From the NCBI GenBank assembly GCA_032718475.1, contig JAUCBJ010004694.1, forward strand, positions 1 through 36,594: a stretch of DNA of 36,594 nucleotides. The letters run 5' to 3'. This DNA is from Nemertoderma westbladi. Lineage: Eukaryota; Animalia; Xenacoelomorpha. Below, piece after piece: positions 26,192-36,594 of the stretch. Both the position numbers and the translations under genes were made by a program. The notes below the pieces were generated by a model. The model made no database searches. It saw only the letters and a program-made list of their open reading frames with translations, and was not told where the DNA came from. The first letter of the stretch is position 1; each line of letters opens with the position of its first letter.

Positions 26192-27068
26192 TAATTAACG
26201 AAAATCCGTGTTTTACACTCCATTCCGGATCCAATAAAACTTGGTAATTAACGTAAATCCGTGTTTTACACTCCATTCCGGATCCAATAAAACTTGGTAA
26301 TTAACGTAAATCCGTGTTTTACACTCCATTCCGGATCCAATAAAACTTGTTAATTAACGAAAATCCGTGTTTTACACTCCATTCCGGATACAACAAAACT
26401 TGGTAATTAACGAAAATCCGTGTTTTACACTCCATTCCGGATCCAATAAAACTTGGTAATTAACGTAAATCCGTATTTTACACTCCATTCCGGATCCAAT
26501 AAAACTTGGTAATTAACGTAAATCCGTGTTTTACACTCCATTCCGGATCCAATAAAACTTGGTAATTGACGTAAATCCGTGTTTTACACTCCGTTCCGGA
26601 TCCAATAAAACTTAGTAATTAACGTAAATCCGTGTTTTACACTCCATTCCGGATCCAATAAAACTTAGTAATTAACGAAATCCGTGTTTTACACTCCATT
26701 CCGGATCCAATAAAACTTGGTAATTAACTTAAATCCGCGTTTTACACCCCTTCTCGGATCCAATAAAACTTTGTATTAAACCTGAATCCGTATTTTACAC
26801 CCAATCCCGGATTCAATAGAAATATGAATCCGCGTTTTACACTCCGTTCAGGATTTAGCCTAAAACATGAATCCGCGCTTTACACTCCGTTCCGGATCTG
26901 AAAAAAAGGCCAATCCGCGTTTTACACTCGGTTACGGATTCGGTAAATTTAGCAGTGCGCGGATCCGCAGATTACACCCTAAAAATGTAAATTCAGTCGA
27001 CTTCCATAGGGACAATGTTAAATGATAGAATCCGGATCCTGATCCGGATCAGCGTTTTACTCTGACCC
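26192..27068 (-). repeat. Inner right foldback arm, ~11 regular 53-bp units plus terminal block
   Basis: Reverse complement of the left-arm unit; ends TTTTACTCTGACCC at 27068. Confidence 0.95.
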
Positions 27069-27079
27069 TACTCTGATAA

Positions 27080-27327
27080 CCTATCAATAAGCAAGTTGAT
27101 GCCATCAACAATGCCGATGACAGCACAGCTAATCAGCCCAGGCATGGCAATCGATAAACCTGCATACTTCTAGAAGTGGGTTCCGTAAAGGTCGTGGGAC
27201 CATGGCGCCAATTCTCTACAGTTATCAGTTATCAGTTATCAAAGAAGAAAGACTTACATATCTGGGGTGTTATCTTTGCTGACTTCTTTCTAGGCCTGCC
27301 TTTCAGTCTCTCGTATGTTCAGCATAC
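27080..27327 (+). mobile_element. Degraded RTE fragment
   Basis: GGGTTCCGTAAAGGTCGTGGGACCATGG is identical to 2058-2085; degraded homology continues to CGTATGTTCAGCATAC. Confidence 0.85.
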
Positions 27328-27749
27328 GAAGGACACGTTCGTTGGGCCTTCGCGCAGCACGAGGCTCAGTTATGAGATACAAATTAAAATTGAGCAATTC
27401 TAACACAAAATCTCTATTTAAGAAATTAACCACACCACAAATAAATCATAAGAGGGGAAAGTTGCTCGCTTTCACCCACCCCCCCCCCCCCCCCCCCCTT
27501 AATCTGCACCCCATACCCAAAGGTACACAGAGGATTGTTCACAGGCAGGTATTAACAGAAAATTTGTGTTTTAAAAGTAATATATTTTAGGCGTGGAGAG
27601 CGACCCAATTTATAAGAAATATTATAACTTACATTATGACGTTACTCTGTGATACTGAAATATTAATTTACCATGTCGATGTCACAACAAAATTATTTAG
27701 CTATATTTATTCTAAAGAATTTCTATTAAATACTCAGCCAATCATTTTG

Positions 27750-28860
27750 CGAGATAAACAATAAGCAAGCTGTCTTATTACTCTAGGGCCTAACACTATT
27801 GCATGTCCTATAGAATTACACCTTGCTGGAATAGTGGTGAGGTGGAACTGGTCGGACTGATTCCTAGCCCGGCAAACACACCGGACATGTTCTAGCACAT
27901 TCGACGTTCTAGCTAAATCAGTGATTGCACTTTGAGATATTTTGCCCTCTAGCGGCAGACTAGAGAACTGCAGACAGATGAGCCTCCTTTGAATGACACA
28001 GTTAATGGTCTAGTACAAATATGCCAAGTTTCAGCTAGAACGGGTTTAAAGCAAAGAAAATGTGAGGATATTTAATATCTAGACATGTAGCCCTCTAGCG
28101 AGAGACTGAGGATTTGATGGTGTCTGGAAGTCCCTAAAAAACAAAACTTATGGTCTTATTGATGCCTACTAATTTTAGACTCGGAAGCTTTAAATCCGAC
28201 GAAGTTATAAGTAAGTCAAAATCGTAGCGACGATGATGACATACAGTACCATTATTGAATGAACTATTTGCCATAATTTACCTACCCCCCTAAGAGATAG
28301 CGTCAGTTCGCAAAGGCTCCGCCAACTTCGTGGCTCGGACCCTATACCCCATGCTATAAAATGTATTCGATCGATATACAATCATATATTAATCCGCTAG
28401 GTGGTGTCAAATTATTATTCTGCAATTTCGTACTTGTACAGTACAGCAGTACCGTACCGGTAGGCCTATGTCATTACTTCGGAGTCTCTAGCCGATCCCC
28501 AATTAAATGTCTTAACTTTTCAATTTCGTAGAAGATAGACTTTATGATTCTCTACCAGCAACCAAAATTTCAGCTCTGGAAAATGAGGCGTTCCCGAGAA
28601 ATTTAACATTTTCTAAAAACCACATAATCTTGTGCCGTAGCTGACGTCAGACTGCATGATTTTTCACCAAACTTTACAAATTTTCTAAACTTTCCCTCTA
28701 CTACTTACCTACTAAGTTTGGTTCAATTTCGAATCAGCGATGCCGAGAAATTCGCGTTCAAAGATTTACCAGACAGACGGACAGACAGACGGACATGCCC
28801 CATTTGCCCTATATGAACCGTATGCCAAGGCTCGCCGACTACGTTTCTCGCCCCACATTG
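27750..28860 (+). mobile_element. Helentron-associated / DINE-1-like non-autonomous element (boundaries approximate)
   Basis: CAGACAGACGGACAGACAGACGGACATG microsatellite core at 28769-28797, recurrent (c/a)AAGTTT(c/g) motifs, internal CCTCTAGCG repeats; lies between two colinear RTE fragments. Confidence 0.5.
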
Positions 28861-28861
28861 G

Positions 28862-28990
28862 ATACCTTACTGTTCTAGACTTTGCTGATGATTTACGAGT
28901 ACTTACGGAATCATTAGAGGGAGCCTAAAAGGCCCCTCTAGTCATTGGAAGTGGCTGCTTCTAGTGGTGGTTTTTTTGTTAACTCCAAGA
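28862..28990 (+). mobile_element. Degraded RTE fragment (LDFADD region)
   Basis: YLTVLDFADDLRVLTESLEGA*; homologous to ~2481-2608. Confidence 0.85.
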
Positions 28991-29079
28991 TTTCAGCCAA
29001 ATACTTTTCATTATCGGATTTACCCTACTCTAACATCTCTCACCCTATATAGATTTCTATAGTTTCCATGGCTACTTAC

Positions 29080-29288
29080 ATCAGCGATATCCTCTTTTAT
29101 TGTTTCTATGTAAACGGCAGGATTGAACTGGGGGTCGTGGTTGTTTGTATCTTTTACATTTAAGGTGACTGTCACTGATTGGTCCGCTTTGGCTACTAAT
29201 GGAGATGGTGGACTCTCCTTAGCTGTACATGTGATTGTGTAACTAGGAGTCGCCTTTGCATCCAAACTCTTACTAAGATACACTTTTC
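29080..29288 (-). CDS. Cadherin-repeat exon (second half of an EC domain plus the next linker)
   Basis: GKVYLSKSLD...YTITCTAKE...VTVTLNVKDTNNHDPQFNPAVYIETIKED (DxNxxxPxF motif); acceptor tttttacag, donor GTAAGT; phase 1-0. Confidence 0.88.
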
Positions 29289-29443
29289 CTGTAAAAATAA
29301 ATTGAAATAAATAATTGAAGAATCACATTCGAATAACATTTATATCCCTCTAAATTAACTTCTGAACTTATTTTTTTTTAGTTTAGTCTGTTTAAACTAA
29401 AATGTAATTGAAAATACAAAATTTACCAATTTTCGAAAGTAAC

Positions 29444-30298
29444 TGGAAATCCTGCCAAGTACCTAACTGATCTAGACTTTGCTGATGACTTAGGAGTACT
29501 TTCAGAATCACTAGAGAGAGCCCAACGGCTCCTCAGCTCATTAGAACATGCTGCTTCTAGTGTTGGTCTTTTTATTAACTCCAGAAAGACCAAAATTCTG
29601 ACAGTTAACTTTGAAAGTTCTCAGCAAGTCTCTGATCGGATGAGCATAAGCTCAAAGGATGGTATGCTTGAGCATGTGGACGACTTCTGCTACCTGGGAT
29701 CATGGATCCGGAAGTCAGGTGAGGACCTTCGAATACGTAAGGGAAAGGCATGGGCAGCCTTGAATAGGCTTTCCAGGATTTGGAAGTCACCGAGAATTAA
29801 TCGGAAACTTAAGGTCCGATTATTTAGAGCAGCAGTAGTTCCAGTACTCCTCTATGGGAGTCCATGCGGGGCTCTAACTGCTGAGGACACCAAATCTCTG
29901 GATGGGACATTCACAAGAATGCTACGCCGTGTTCATTGTGTCAAGTACAATGCACACATCTCCAACCAGACACTATATAACGTTGGAGGTGTCTCATTGG
30001 TTCCCCCAAGCTTGACACTAGAACAAAATCGCCTCCGCTTTGCAGGACATTGCTTTCGCCGTGAGGACCAGCCAGTGCATAATCTTGTACTTTGGCAGCC
30101 TCATGGAGTGAATAAGCATGGTGGACAGCCCATGACTTTCTTGAGACGCATCTTGGAGGACACTGGCCTTGAAGATGCGGATGATCTAGCAAATGTCATG
30201 GGTGATAGGGAGTTGTGGCAGCGCAATTTAGTCGACAAGCCGGCACAGCATTCTTAAAAATGCAGCTGCAATGCAGCATGCCGATACTAGTCTAGTAT
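29444..30298 (+). mobile_element. 5'-truncated RTE copy with intact 3' end, in the cadherin intron
   Basis: About 20 mismatches in ~517 bp versus 2466-2982 (manual count, ~96%); C-terminal RLRFAGHCFR..DRELW motifs; stop at 30257; short CTAGT-type tail. Confidence 0.92.
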
Positions 30299-30350
30299 GA
30301 TTGGATTTACTGAATATCAATAGTTACTGTGATTAGCACAATCGACTTAC

Positions 30351-30492
30351 CATCAACACTGTCAATAATAAATGTAGTATCTCCAGCTACACCTGGTGTC
30401 AGTGTGTAGCTAATATCGTGGTTCTCGACAGGGTCAGTAGCGTGACACTCCAATCCAGGCACTTGCTTCCCTACCGGCAGACCCTCGTCAAC
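30351..30492 (-). CDS. Cadherin-repeat exon (first half of an EC domain)
   Basis: VDEGLPVGKQVPGLECHATDPVENHDISYTLTPGVAGDTTFIIDSVDG; acceptor tttgtag, donor GTAAGT; 142 nt, phase 0-1, joins the 29288 exon in frame. Not in the ORF track. Confidence 0.88.
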
Positions 30493-30605
30493 CTACAAAC
30501 AATCCATAATATATTATGATCTTTACGAATTTGTCTATTTTTTTTCCTATAAAACTAAACTTCATTTTAGGTTTGAGCACACTAACGTACATTGTGGCCC
30601 CTAGG

Positions 30606-31109
30606 TGGCCCGGTTGGGGTCACTAACCTCCGTGGTCGGTCGCTCCTGGGTGGGCCGGTTGGGGTCACTAACCTACATCGTCGCCAAAAGGGGCCCGGTT
30701 GGGGTCACTAACCTCCGTGGACGGTCGCCCCTGGGTGGGCCGGTTGGGGTCACTAACCTACATCGTCGCCAAAAGGGGCCCGGTTGGGGTCACTAACCTC
30801 CGTGGTCGGTCGCTCCTGGGTGGGCCGGTTGGGGTCACTAACCTCCGTGGTCGGTCGCCCCTGGGTGGGCCGGTTGGGGTCACTAACCTCCGTGGGCGGT
30901 CGCCCCTGGGTGGGCCGGTTGGGGTCACTAACCTACATCGTCGCCAAAAGGGGCCCGGTTGGGGTCACTAACCTCCGTGGACGGTCGCCCCTGGGTGGGC
31001 CGGTTGGGGTCACTAACCTCCGTGGTCGGTCGCCCCTGGGTGGACCGGTTTGGGTCACTATCCTCCGCGGTCGGTCGCCCCTGGGTGGGCCGGTTGGGGT
31101 CACTAACCT
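30606..31109. repeat. GC-rich minisatellite, 12 cores in 45- and 40-bp units
   Basis: Constant GCCGGTTGGGGTCACTAACCT alternating with two linker types. Confidence 0.93.
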
Positions 31110-31424
31110 CATAGCGTACTCTATTTGCCTTGCAAGCGGCCTTGCAAGCTTGCTGCCTTCGTAATTTATGGAGGCTGAACTGTTCAGTATAATTTCTTAT
31201 CATTTTTAAAGCCGAAATACGGTCTAAAACGATTTTCTATGTTTTTTAAGTTAAACTGCCTACGTTTGCATAGTAGTCTATGATAAAATTAATTATCCTG
31301 GTATTAATCCCTGGTTATTAAAGAAAGAAAAGTTACTAAAGAACAATAAACATTGTACTAATTAATAATTGTAACTAGATGAGGGTCTGGGCCTTCATTG
31401 CATATGCGTTTTACGAAATGTTCA

Positions 31425-33124
31425 TTAAAACTTACTAATTAACTTGAATCCGCTCCAGAAACACTTTGTAATTAACCCGAATCCGCGTTGTCCCGGGTAA
31501 ACTTGGTAATAAACTTGAATTCGCGTTTTACACCCCGTCCCGGATCCAGAAACACTTTGGTACTAAACTTGAATTCGCGTTTTACACCCCGTCCCGGATC
31601 CAATAAAACTTGGTAATAAACTTGAATCCGCATTTTACACCCCGTCCCGAATCCAGAAACACTTTGTAATTAACCCGAATCCGCGTTTTACACTCCGTCC
31701 CGGGTAAAACTTGGTAATAAACTTGAATTCGCGTTTTACACCCCGTCCCGGATCCAGTAACACTTTGGTAATAAACTTGAATCCGCGTTTTACACCCCGT
31801 CCCGGATCCAGAAACACTTTGGTAATAAACTTGAATTCGCGTTTTACACCCCGTCCCGGATCCAATAAAACTTGGTAATAAACTTGAATCCGCATTTTAC
31901 ACCCCGTCCCGAATCCAGAAACACTTTGTAATTAACCCGAATCCGCGTTTTACACTCCGTCCCGGGTAAAACTTGATAATAAACTTGAATTCGCGTTTTA
32001 CACCCCTCCCCGAATCCAGTAACACTTTGGTAATAAACTTGAATCCGCGTTTTACACCCCGTCCCGGATCCAGTAACACTTTGGTTATAAACTTGAATCC
32101 GCGTTTTACACCCCTCCCTGGATCCAATAAAACTTGGTAATAAACTTGAGTCCGCGTTTTACACCCCGTCCTGGATCCAGAAACACTTTGTAATTAACCC
32201 GAATCCGCGTTTTACACCCCTTCCCGGACACAGTAACTCTTTGGTAATTAACTTGAATCCGCGTTTTACACCCCTTCCCGGATCCAATAAAACTTAGTAA
32301 TAAACTTGAATCCGCGTTTTACACCCCGTCCCGGATCCAATAAAACTTGGTAATAAACTTGAATCCGCGTTTTACACCCCGTCCCGGATCCAGAAACACT
32401 TTATAATTAACCCGAATCCGCGTTTTACACCCCTCCCCGGATCCAGTAACACTTTGGTAATAAACTTGAATCCGAGTTTTACACCCCGTCCCGGATCCAA
32501 AAAAACTTGGTAATTAACTTGAATCCGCATTTTACACCCCTTCCCGGATCCAATAAAACTTAGTAATAAACTTGAATCCGCGTTTTACACCCCTCCCCGG
32601 ATCCACGAACACTTTGGTAATATACTTGAATCCGAGTTTTACACCCCGTCCCGGATCCAATAAAACTTGGTAATAAACTTGAATCCGCGTTTTACACCCC
32701 GTCCCGGATCCAATAAAACTTGGTAATAAACTTGAATCCGTGTTTTACACCCCTTCCCGGATCCAGTAACACTTGGTAAATAAATTGAATCCGTGTTTTA
32801 CACCCCTTCCCGGATCCAATAACATTTTGTAACAAACCTGAATCCGTATTTTACACCCAATCCCGGATTCAGTAGAAATATGAATCCGCGTTTTACACTC
32901 CATTCAGGATTTAGCCTACAACATGAATCCGCGTTTTACACTTCGTTCCGGATCGAAAAAAAAAGCCAATCCGCGTTTTACACTCGGTTACGGATTCGGT
33001 AAATTTAGCAGTGCACGGATCCGCAGATTACACCCTAAAAATGTAAATTCAGTCGATTTCCATAGGGACAATGTTAAATGATAGAATCCGGATCCTGATC
33101 CGGATCCGCGTTTTACTCTGACCC
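31425..33124 (-). repeat. Outer right foldback arm, ~26 x 53-bp units plus terminal block
   Basis: Unit AATCCGCGTTTTACACCCCGTCCCGGATCCAATAAAACTTGGTAATAAACTTG; 262-bp higher-order duplication (31621/31883); last ~290 bp nearly identical to 26780-27068. Confidence 0.95.
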
Positions 33125-33342
33125 ATAAAAATTATATATAATCAAATCAGTTCTGTTCTGCTGCAACTATATTTATCAGATATTCAACATATTTACTTAA
33201 CTATATATTTTTCGGGATCGGGAATACATTTTTTGCCGGGATCCCGGTTTTTCGGGATCGGGATCCCGTTTAAACACTAAGTATAAACCCTAAGTGTCTG
33301 CCTTTATACAAAATGGTGTCAACAGATTCCCTTGAAAAACTT

Positions 33343-33393
33343 TCATCTAAGTATCTTTGGTTTGTCTTTTAGTCTTTTACAGAAGGGGTGAAT
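33343..33393 (-). CDS. Terminal coding exon of an unrecognised minus-strand gene
   Basis: Acceptor ttgttttggttag, then IHPFCKRLKDKPKILR*, in frame with the 33732 exon. Confidence 0.55.
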   Translation of the reverse strand: MHPFCKRLKDKPKILR

Positions 33394-33535
33394 CTAACCA
33401 AAACAATAAACGAATATTAGTATATGTACAGTTGTTCATATTGTAAGAAAAAATAAGCGTTAAAAACAATTAATAAGCAATAATTAGACAAATAAATTCT
33501 TCAGATATAAAATTCTTACTGAAAAGTGAAATCCT

Positions 33536-33712
33536 GGTATTCTCCACCTCGTCCTGGACTTTATTTACTTGTGTATTCTCCACCTCGTCCTGGACTTTAT
33601 TTACTTGTGTATTCTCCACCTCGTCCTGGACTTTATTTACTTGTGTATTCCCCACCTCGTCCTGGACTATATTTACTTGTGTATTCTCCACCTCGTACTG
33701 GACTTTATTTAT
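33536..33712. repeat. 36-bp intronic minisatellite, ~5 copies
   Basis: Unit TATTCTCCACCTCGTCCTGGACTTTATTTACTTGTG. Confidence 0.92.
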
Positions 33713-33731
33713 TTGTTATGGATTCACTGAC

Positions 33732-33887
33732 CTGCTCCTGGAGCCACTTTAGTCTCTCGAAATCCGTCTTGGTAACTTTAGATGATTCCGCCTCTCTCTT
33801 CTGGTTCACTCGAACCGTAATCTCCTTCTGCATATCGCCTACAACCTCCCGTACGGCATCTAATATCTTCTTCTCGTATTTGTTAAC
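33732..33887 (-). CDS. Internal exon of an unrecognised minus-strand gene (helical / coiled-coil-like)
   Basis: Acceptor ttttcttag; VNKYEKKILDAVREVVGDMQKEITVRVNQKREAESSKVTKTDFERLKWLQEQ; donor CAG|GTCAGT; 156 nt. Confidence 0.7.
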
Positions 33888-34548
33888 CTAAGAAAATTAT
33901 AATGTAGGAATAAATTCAACCTGAAATAATTCCGGAAGGGTTGATGTCATCTGATATTTATGTTAAGAAGTTTATTTATATTTACTTAACGATGTTCTAT
34001 AAATTCCTTTTATAGGCCTATAGAATAGGAGAAATTACACAACCAATAAATTATCTTTTTTAACAACAAAAGTTTCATTTTTTAGCGATTTGTTTTGTAA
34101 TATTTTATACAATTTGGAATAAAAAACCTTCACAATGTTCGGAGCCTCTGAAATCACCAATTGATGGAAAGGAACAGGTTACAGTGACATGTTATTCTAA
34201 GCAAAACAATAAACCAACAGTGTCAATAGAACAGTTACCAATTACCTCTAGGTGTGTTTTTGCTGGAATTTAGCTGTTTATTGGGTCGAATTACCCCCTG
34301 AAGAGGAGTTGTCCATTATAATAAACAAAACACTCGCTAAACAAAGAAATTGTTGTGGAGAAGGGAAGGTTTATCCAATATAATATAATGGCATATGTAC
34401 GAAAACGCTAGAACAGAAAGTAACAATAACTTTCAAATCTTGGAACCGTGTTCGACCCCTTATAAGTTCGGTTTACAATTTTCTTTACCGGTATCAGATT
34501 ATGGTTATCATAAAAAGTGTAAGTTAATATGGGTGGCGGTTATCTTAC

Positions 34549-34715
34549 CTTATAAGGGCCTTGTTGGCAACCAATAGGAGCATCCGCTTCCCCGCTACTG
34601 GCAGCAGCTGTCTGCTGATTGGACGACCCCTGGGCGACTGTTGTTGAGGAAGTGGCGGGGCGAATAGGTGGGATTGAGTTGGACGTGGGTTGGGGTTGTA
34701 GGCGAGGTGGGTTAC
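34549..34715 (-). CDS. Internal exon, P/S/T/Q-rich, probably the same minus-strand gene
   Basis: Acceptor ccccacag; NPPRLQPQPTSNSIPP...QQGPYK; donor AAG|GTAAGA; GC-rich relative to flanks. Confidence 0.6.
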
Positions 34716-36244
34716 CTGTGGGGGTTGATATAATAAAGTACACTGTAGGTAATCTAAAAATTACCACCCCCCCCCCCCCCCCCCCCCTTGCACTTAAAAA
34801 TGATATACTCAAATAAAATGATACACATACTGGCCACACTCTGCCTCAAATATGTCGGTCCCGATCACGTCGGTACCGGTAGCCTATCCTATTTATCGTG
34901 CAGCCTTAGGCCTGCCGGGAGTGGGCGCTAGTAAAGATTAGGGGACCGCAGTACTGACCAGTACATTATCAAACTGAAACTACTTATTAGCCAGTATAAT
35001 ATAGCGTTACGGTTCGGGCTTAATACATTGTAATACATGATAAACTTCACGTATACTGTACAGTGTACAGGTACACCCATCAAGGGTTAGGTTGGCCGTC
35101 TCCCCAGATTCTGAAACTTGAAACTGAAACGTTTACTTTCACTTTAAATATGCGGGGCCTAGGTGCCCATCCCAAAGTTAAGTTTAGACTACATTTGGCC
35201 ATATGGGCTGCAAAGTTGACAATAAAAAATTTAAAAACAGACGTCCGAATTTTGCTACACCCCCCTCCCCCCCCCCCCCCCCCCCCCCTGTTCGCGCTTT
35301 TAGACCTTTAGCAGTTTAACCCGCTAATTTTAGGTGTCTTCTAGTTTATAAATCGACTTTAGCCTATAACAAGTATTTGTTGCATATAAGATATAAAGTT
35401 ACATTAGCCGAAGCCAGCCTATGCGCGACCATTCACCCACAGTTAAGGGAGACTGGATTCGGAGGCTCTGACCTTATTGCGGTGTAGACTTACTGTACTA
35501 TTCGATTGATCGTTAATATATAATCTCTGACAAATATTATTTACTTTCGGGAAATATTAACAGTTCCTTTAGGACGTGGCGCTTTAAGTATAAAAACAGA
35601 GTTATGACTTATACTAAACACAACGATATGGCCAATGATTTTCGTAAATAGCGCATTCTTTAGGAGATGCTTTATTATCTGTCACACTACTGCACACGAC
35701 TTCACACTGCTGCACACTGATCTGCCGACCGTCACTGCTGCACTGAATTTGATCATATACAAGGAGAATCGCAACTGACACATGTAGGGATTATGAAATA
35801 GCATTCAATTCACTCCAAAACCACTATAATGTAAGTCGCAGTTGCTACAGGTAACTGGTCCCTCTTACCTTCAGTATATCAAGAAGATTGGGGTTTTATG
35901 ATTATTTATCGATATTCTCCAAATATAACAACATATCCACCAACTTATAACAATTAATAACCGACAGTAAACAGATATAAAATAATGCGGTAGGACACGT
36001 ATGTCAATCGTTTGTATGATTTGGTATGGTATGTATGATAACAGTTATACGTTCCTATAATCAAAGCCGTCGAATGTTTGGCTAAAGTCTGAAACTCAGA
36101 ATAATTCCAAAGCCGATGTTCTGGGGCTCAGGAAAAGGTAAACAAAGACCGTCATGCATTGCGCGATTTCCCGTAGGCTTCTGTGCAAATAAAATGAAAA
36201 TCGCTCTGATTGGTCGAGTGAGCCGAACAAAGAGAGTTAAGAAA

Positions 36245-36340
36245 GCTCCACTGTCCGTAAATGTCCGGATTTGGCCGACCCCCCCCCCCCCCCCCCCCCC
36301 CCCCCTCTAGCTCGGACGTCTTTTATGGATGACCCCTAAG
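36245..36340. mobile_element. End of a poly-C-containing MITE
   Basis: GTCCG..(C)n..CGGACGTCTTTTATGGATGACCCCTAA resembles a common invertebrate MITE terminus; a related GACGTCCG..(C)n piece lies at ~35240-35300. Confidence 0.45.
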
Positions 36341-36594
36341 TGGAAATTGTGGGACGGGGGGGGGGGGGGGGGGGGGTTAAAATAAATGGTTCATTATGAA
36401 TTTACAGTGTTGCAAAATTTGTAAAATTATTAAAAGGGATTTTTTAAGAAGGAAGAAATAAACATAAGATTAGATATTGCGGTAGAGCAGAAATCGATGT
36501 TGACTGTCTTGCACTCCCTCAATTTCTAGTGCTTGATGTCTCTAAATCAAATGCTTGATTCGAATGGTCTTAAACAGCCATTGAGCCATAGCAA

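Larger units (their letters stand above)
24562..33124. mobile_element. Composite Foldback/Mutator-like non-autonomous element with cargo
   Basis: 41-bp inverted termini with 4 mismatches (GGGTAGGTGTAAAACGCGGATCCGGATC... and ...GATCCGGATCCGCGTTTTACTCTGACCC); direct repeat ATAAAAATT at 24553-24561 and 33125-33133; arms built from 53-bp repeats. Confidence 0.8.

Noticed and set aside
24750-26780. 53-bp arrays as CRISPR or as independent satellites
   Set aside because: No spacers; inverted orientation with shared termini shows they are transposon arms.
30606-31109. CRISPR-like repeat-spacer array
   Set aside because: The linkers are only two recurring sequences rather than unique spacers; no cas genes; eukaryotic context.
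30620-31109. CTAACCT as a TTAGG telomere or telomerase-template signature
   Set aside because: Only one 7-mer per unit, no tandem telomeric repeats and no supporting RNA structure.
31635-32127. Repetitive LDPGRGVKR ORFs
   Set aside because: Translations of foldback arm repeats.
33470-33891. ORFs ENTQVNKVQDEV and YSPPRPGLYLL
   Set aside because: Translations of the 36-bp intronic repeat and the antisense of a likely exon.
34763-36376. Poly-Pro and poly-Gly ORFs
   Set aside because: They arise from C/G homopolymer tracts, some within MITE-like sequence.

Overview
Eukaryotic (animal-like, AT-rich, intron-rich) genomic DNA; the organism cannot be determined from this window, and there are no prokaryotic operons or CRISPR arrays. 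Host genes: (i) six + strand exons (4122..15180) that splice into a transmembrane + SMP-domain protein resembling C2CD2/C2CD2L (TMEM24); (ii) an intronless secreted, GPI-type 10-Cys Ly6/uPAR-like gene (21906..22607); (iii) the 3' exons of an unrecognised minus-strand gene (33343..34715); (iv) two spliceable minus-strand cadherin-repeat exons (29080..29288, 30351..30492). Repeats: a PIF/Harbinger remnant, four RTE-type LINE fragments, two tRNA-derived SINEs, MITEs, a Helentron/DINE-1-like element, a 6-kb 44-bp satellite and a 1.9-kb 24-bp satellite. The most notable structure is an 8.6-kb composite Foldback/Mutator-like element (24562..33124). It has 53-bp-repeat arms, a perfect 9-bp target-site duplication at its outermost ends and an internal second right end, and it carries the orphan cadherin exons as cargo (Pack-MULE-like). 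Second, several intronic tandem arrays look like amplified copies of the splice site they abut. All family assignments are from recalled motifs, not database searches.
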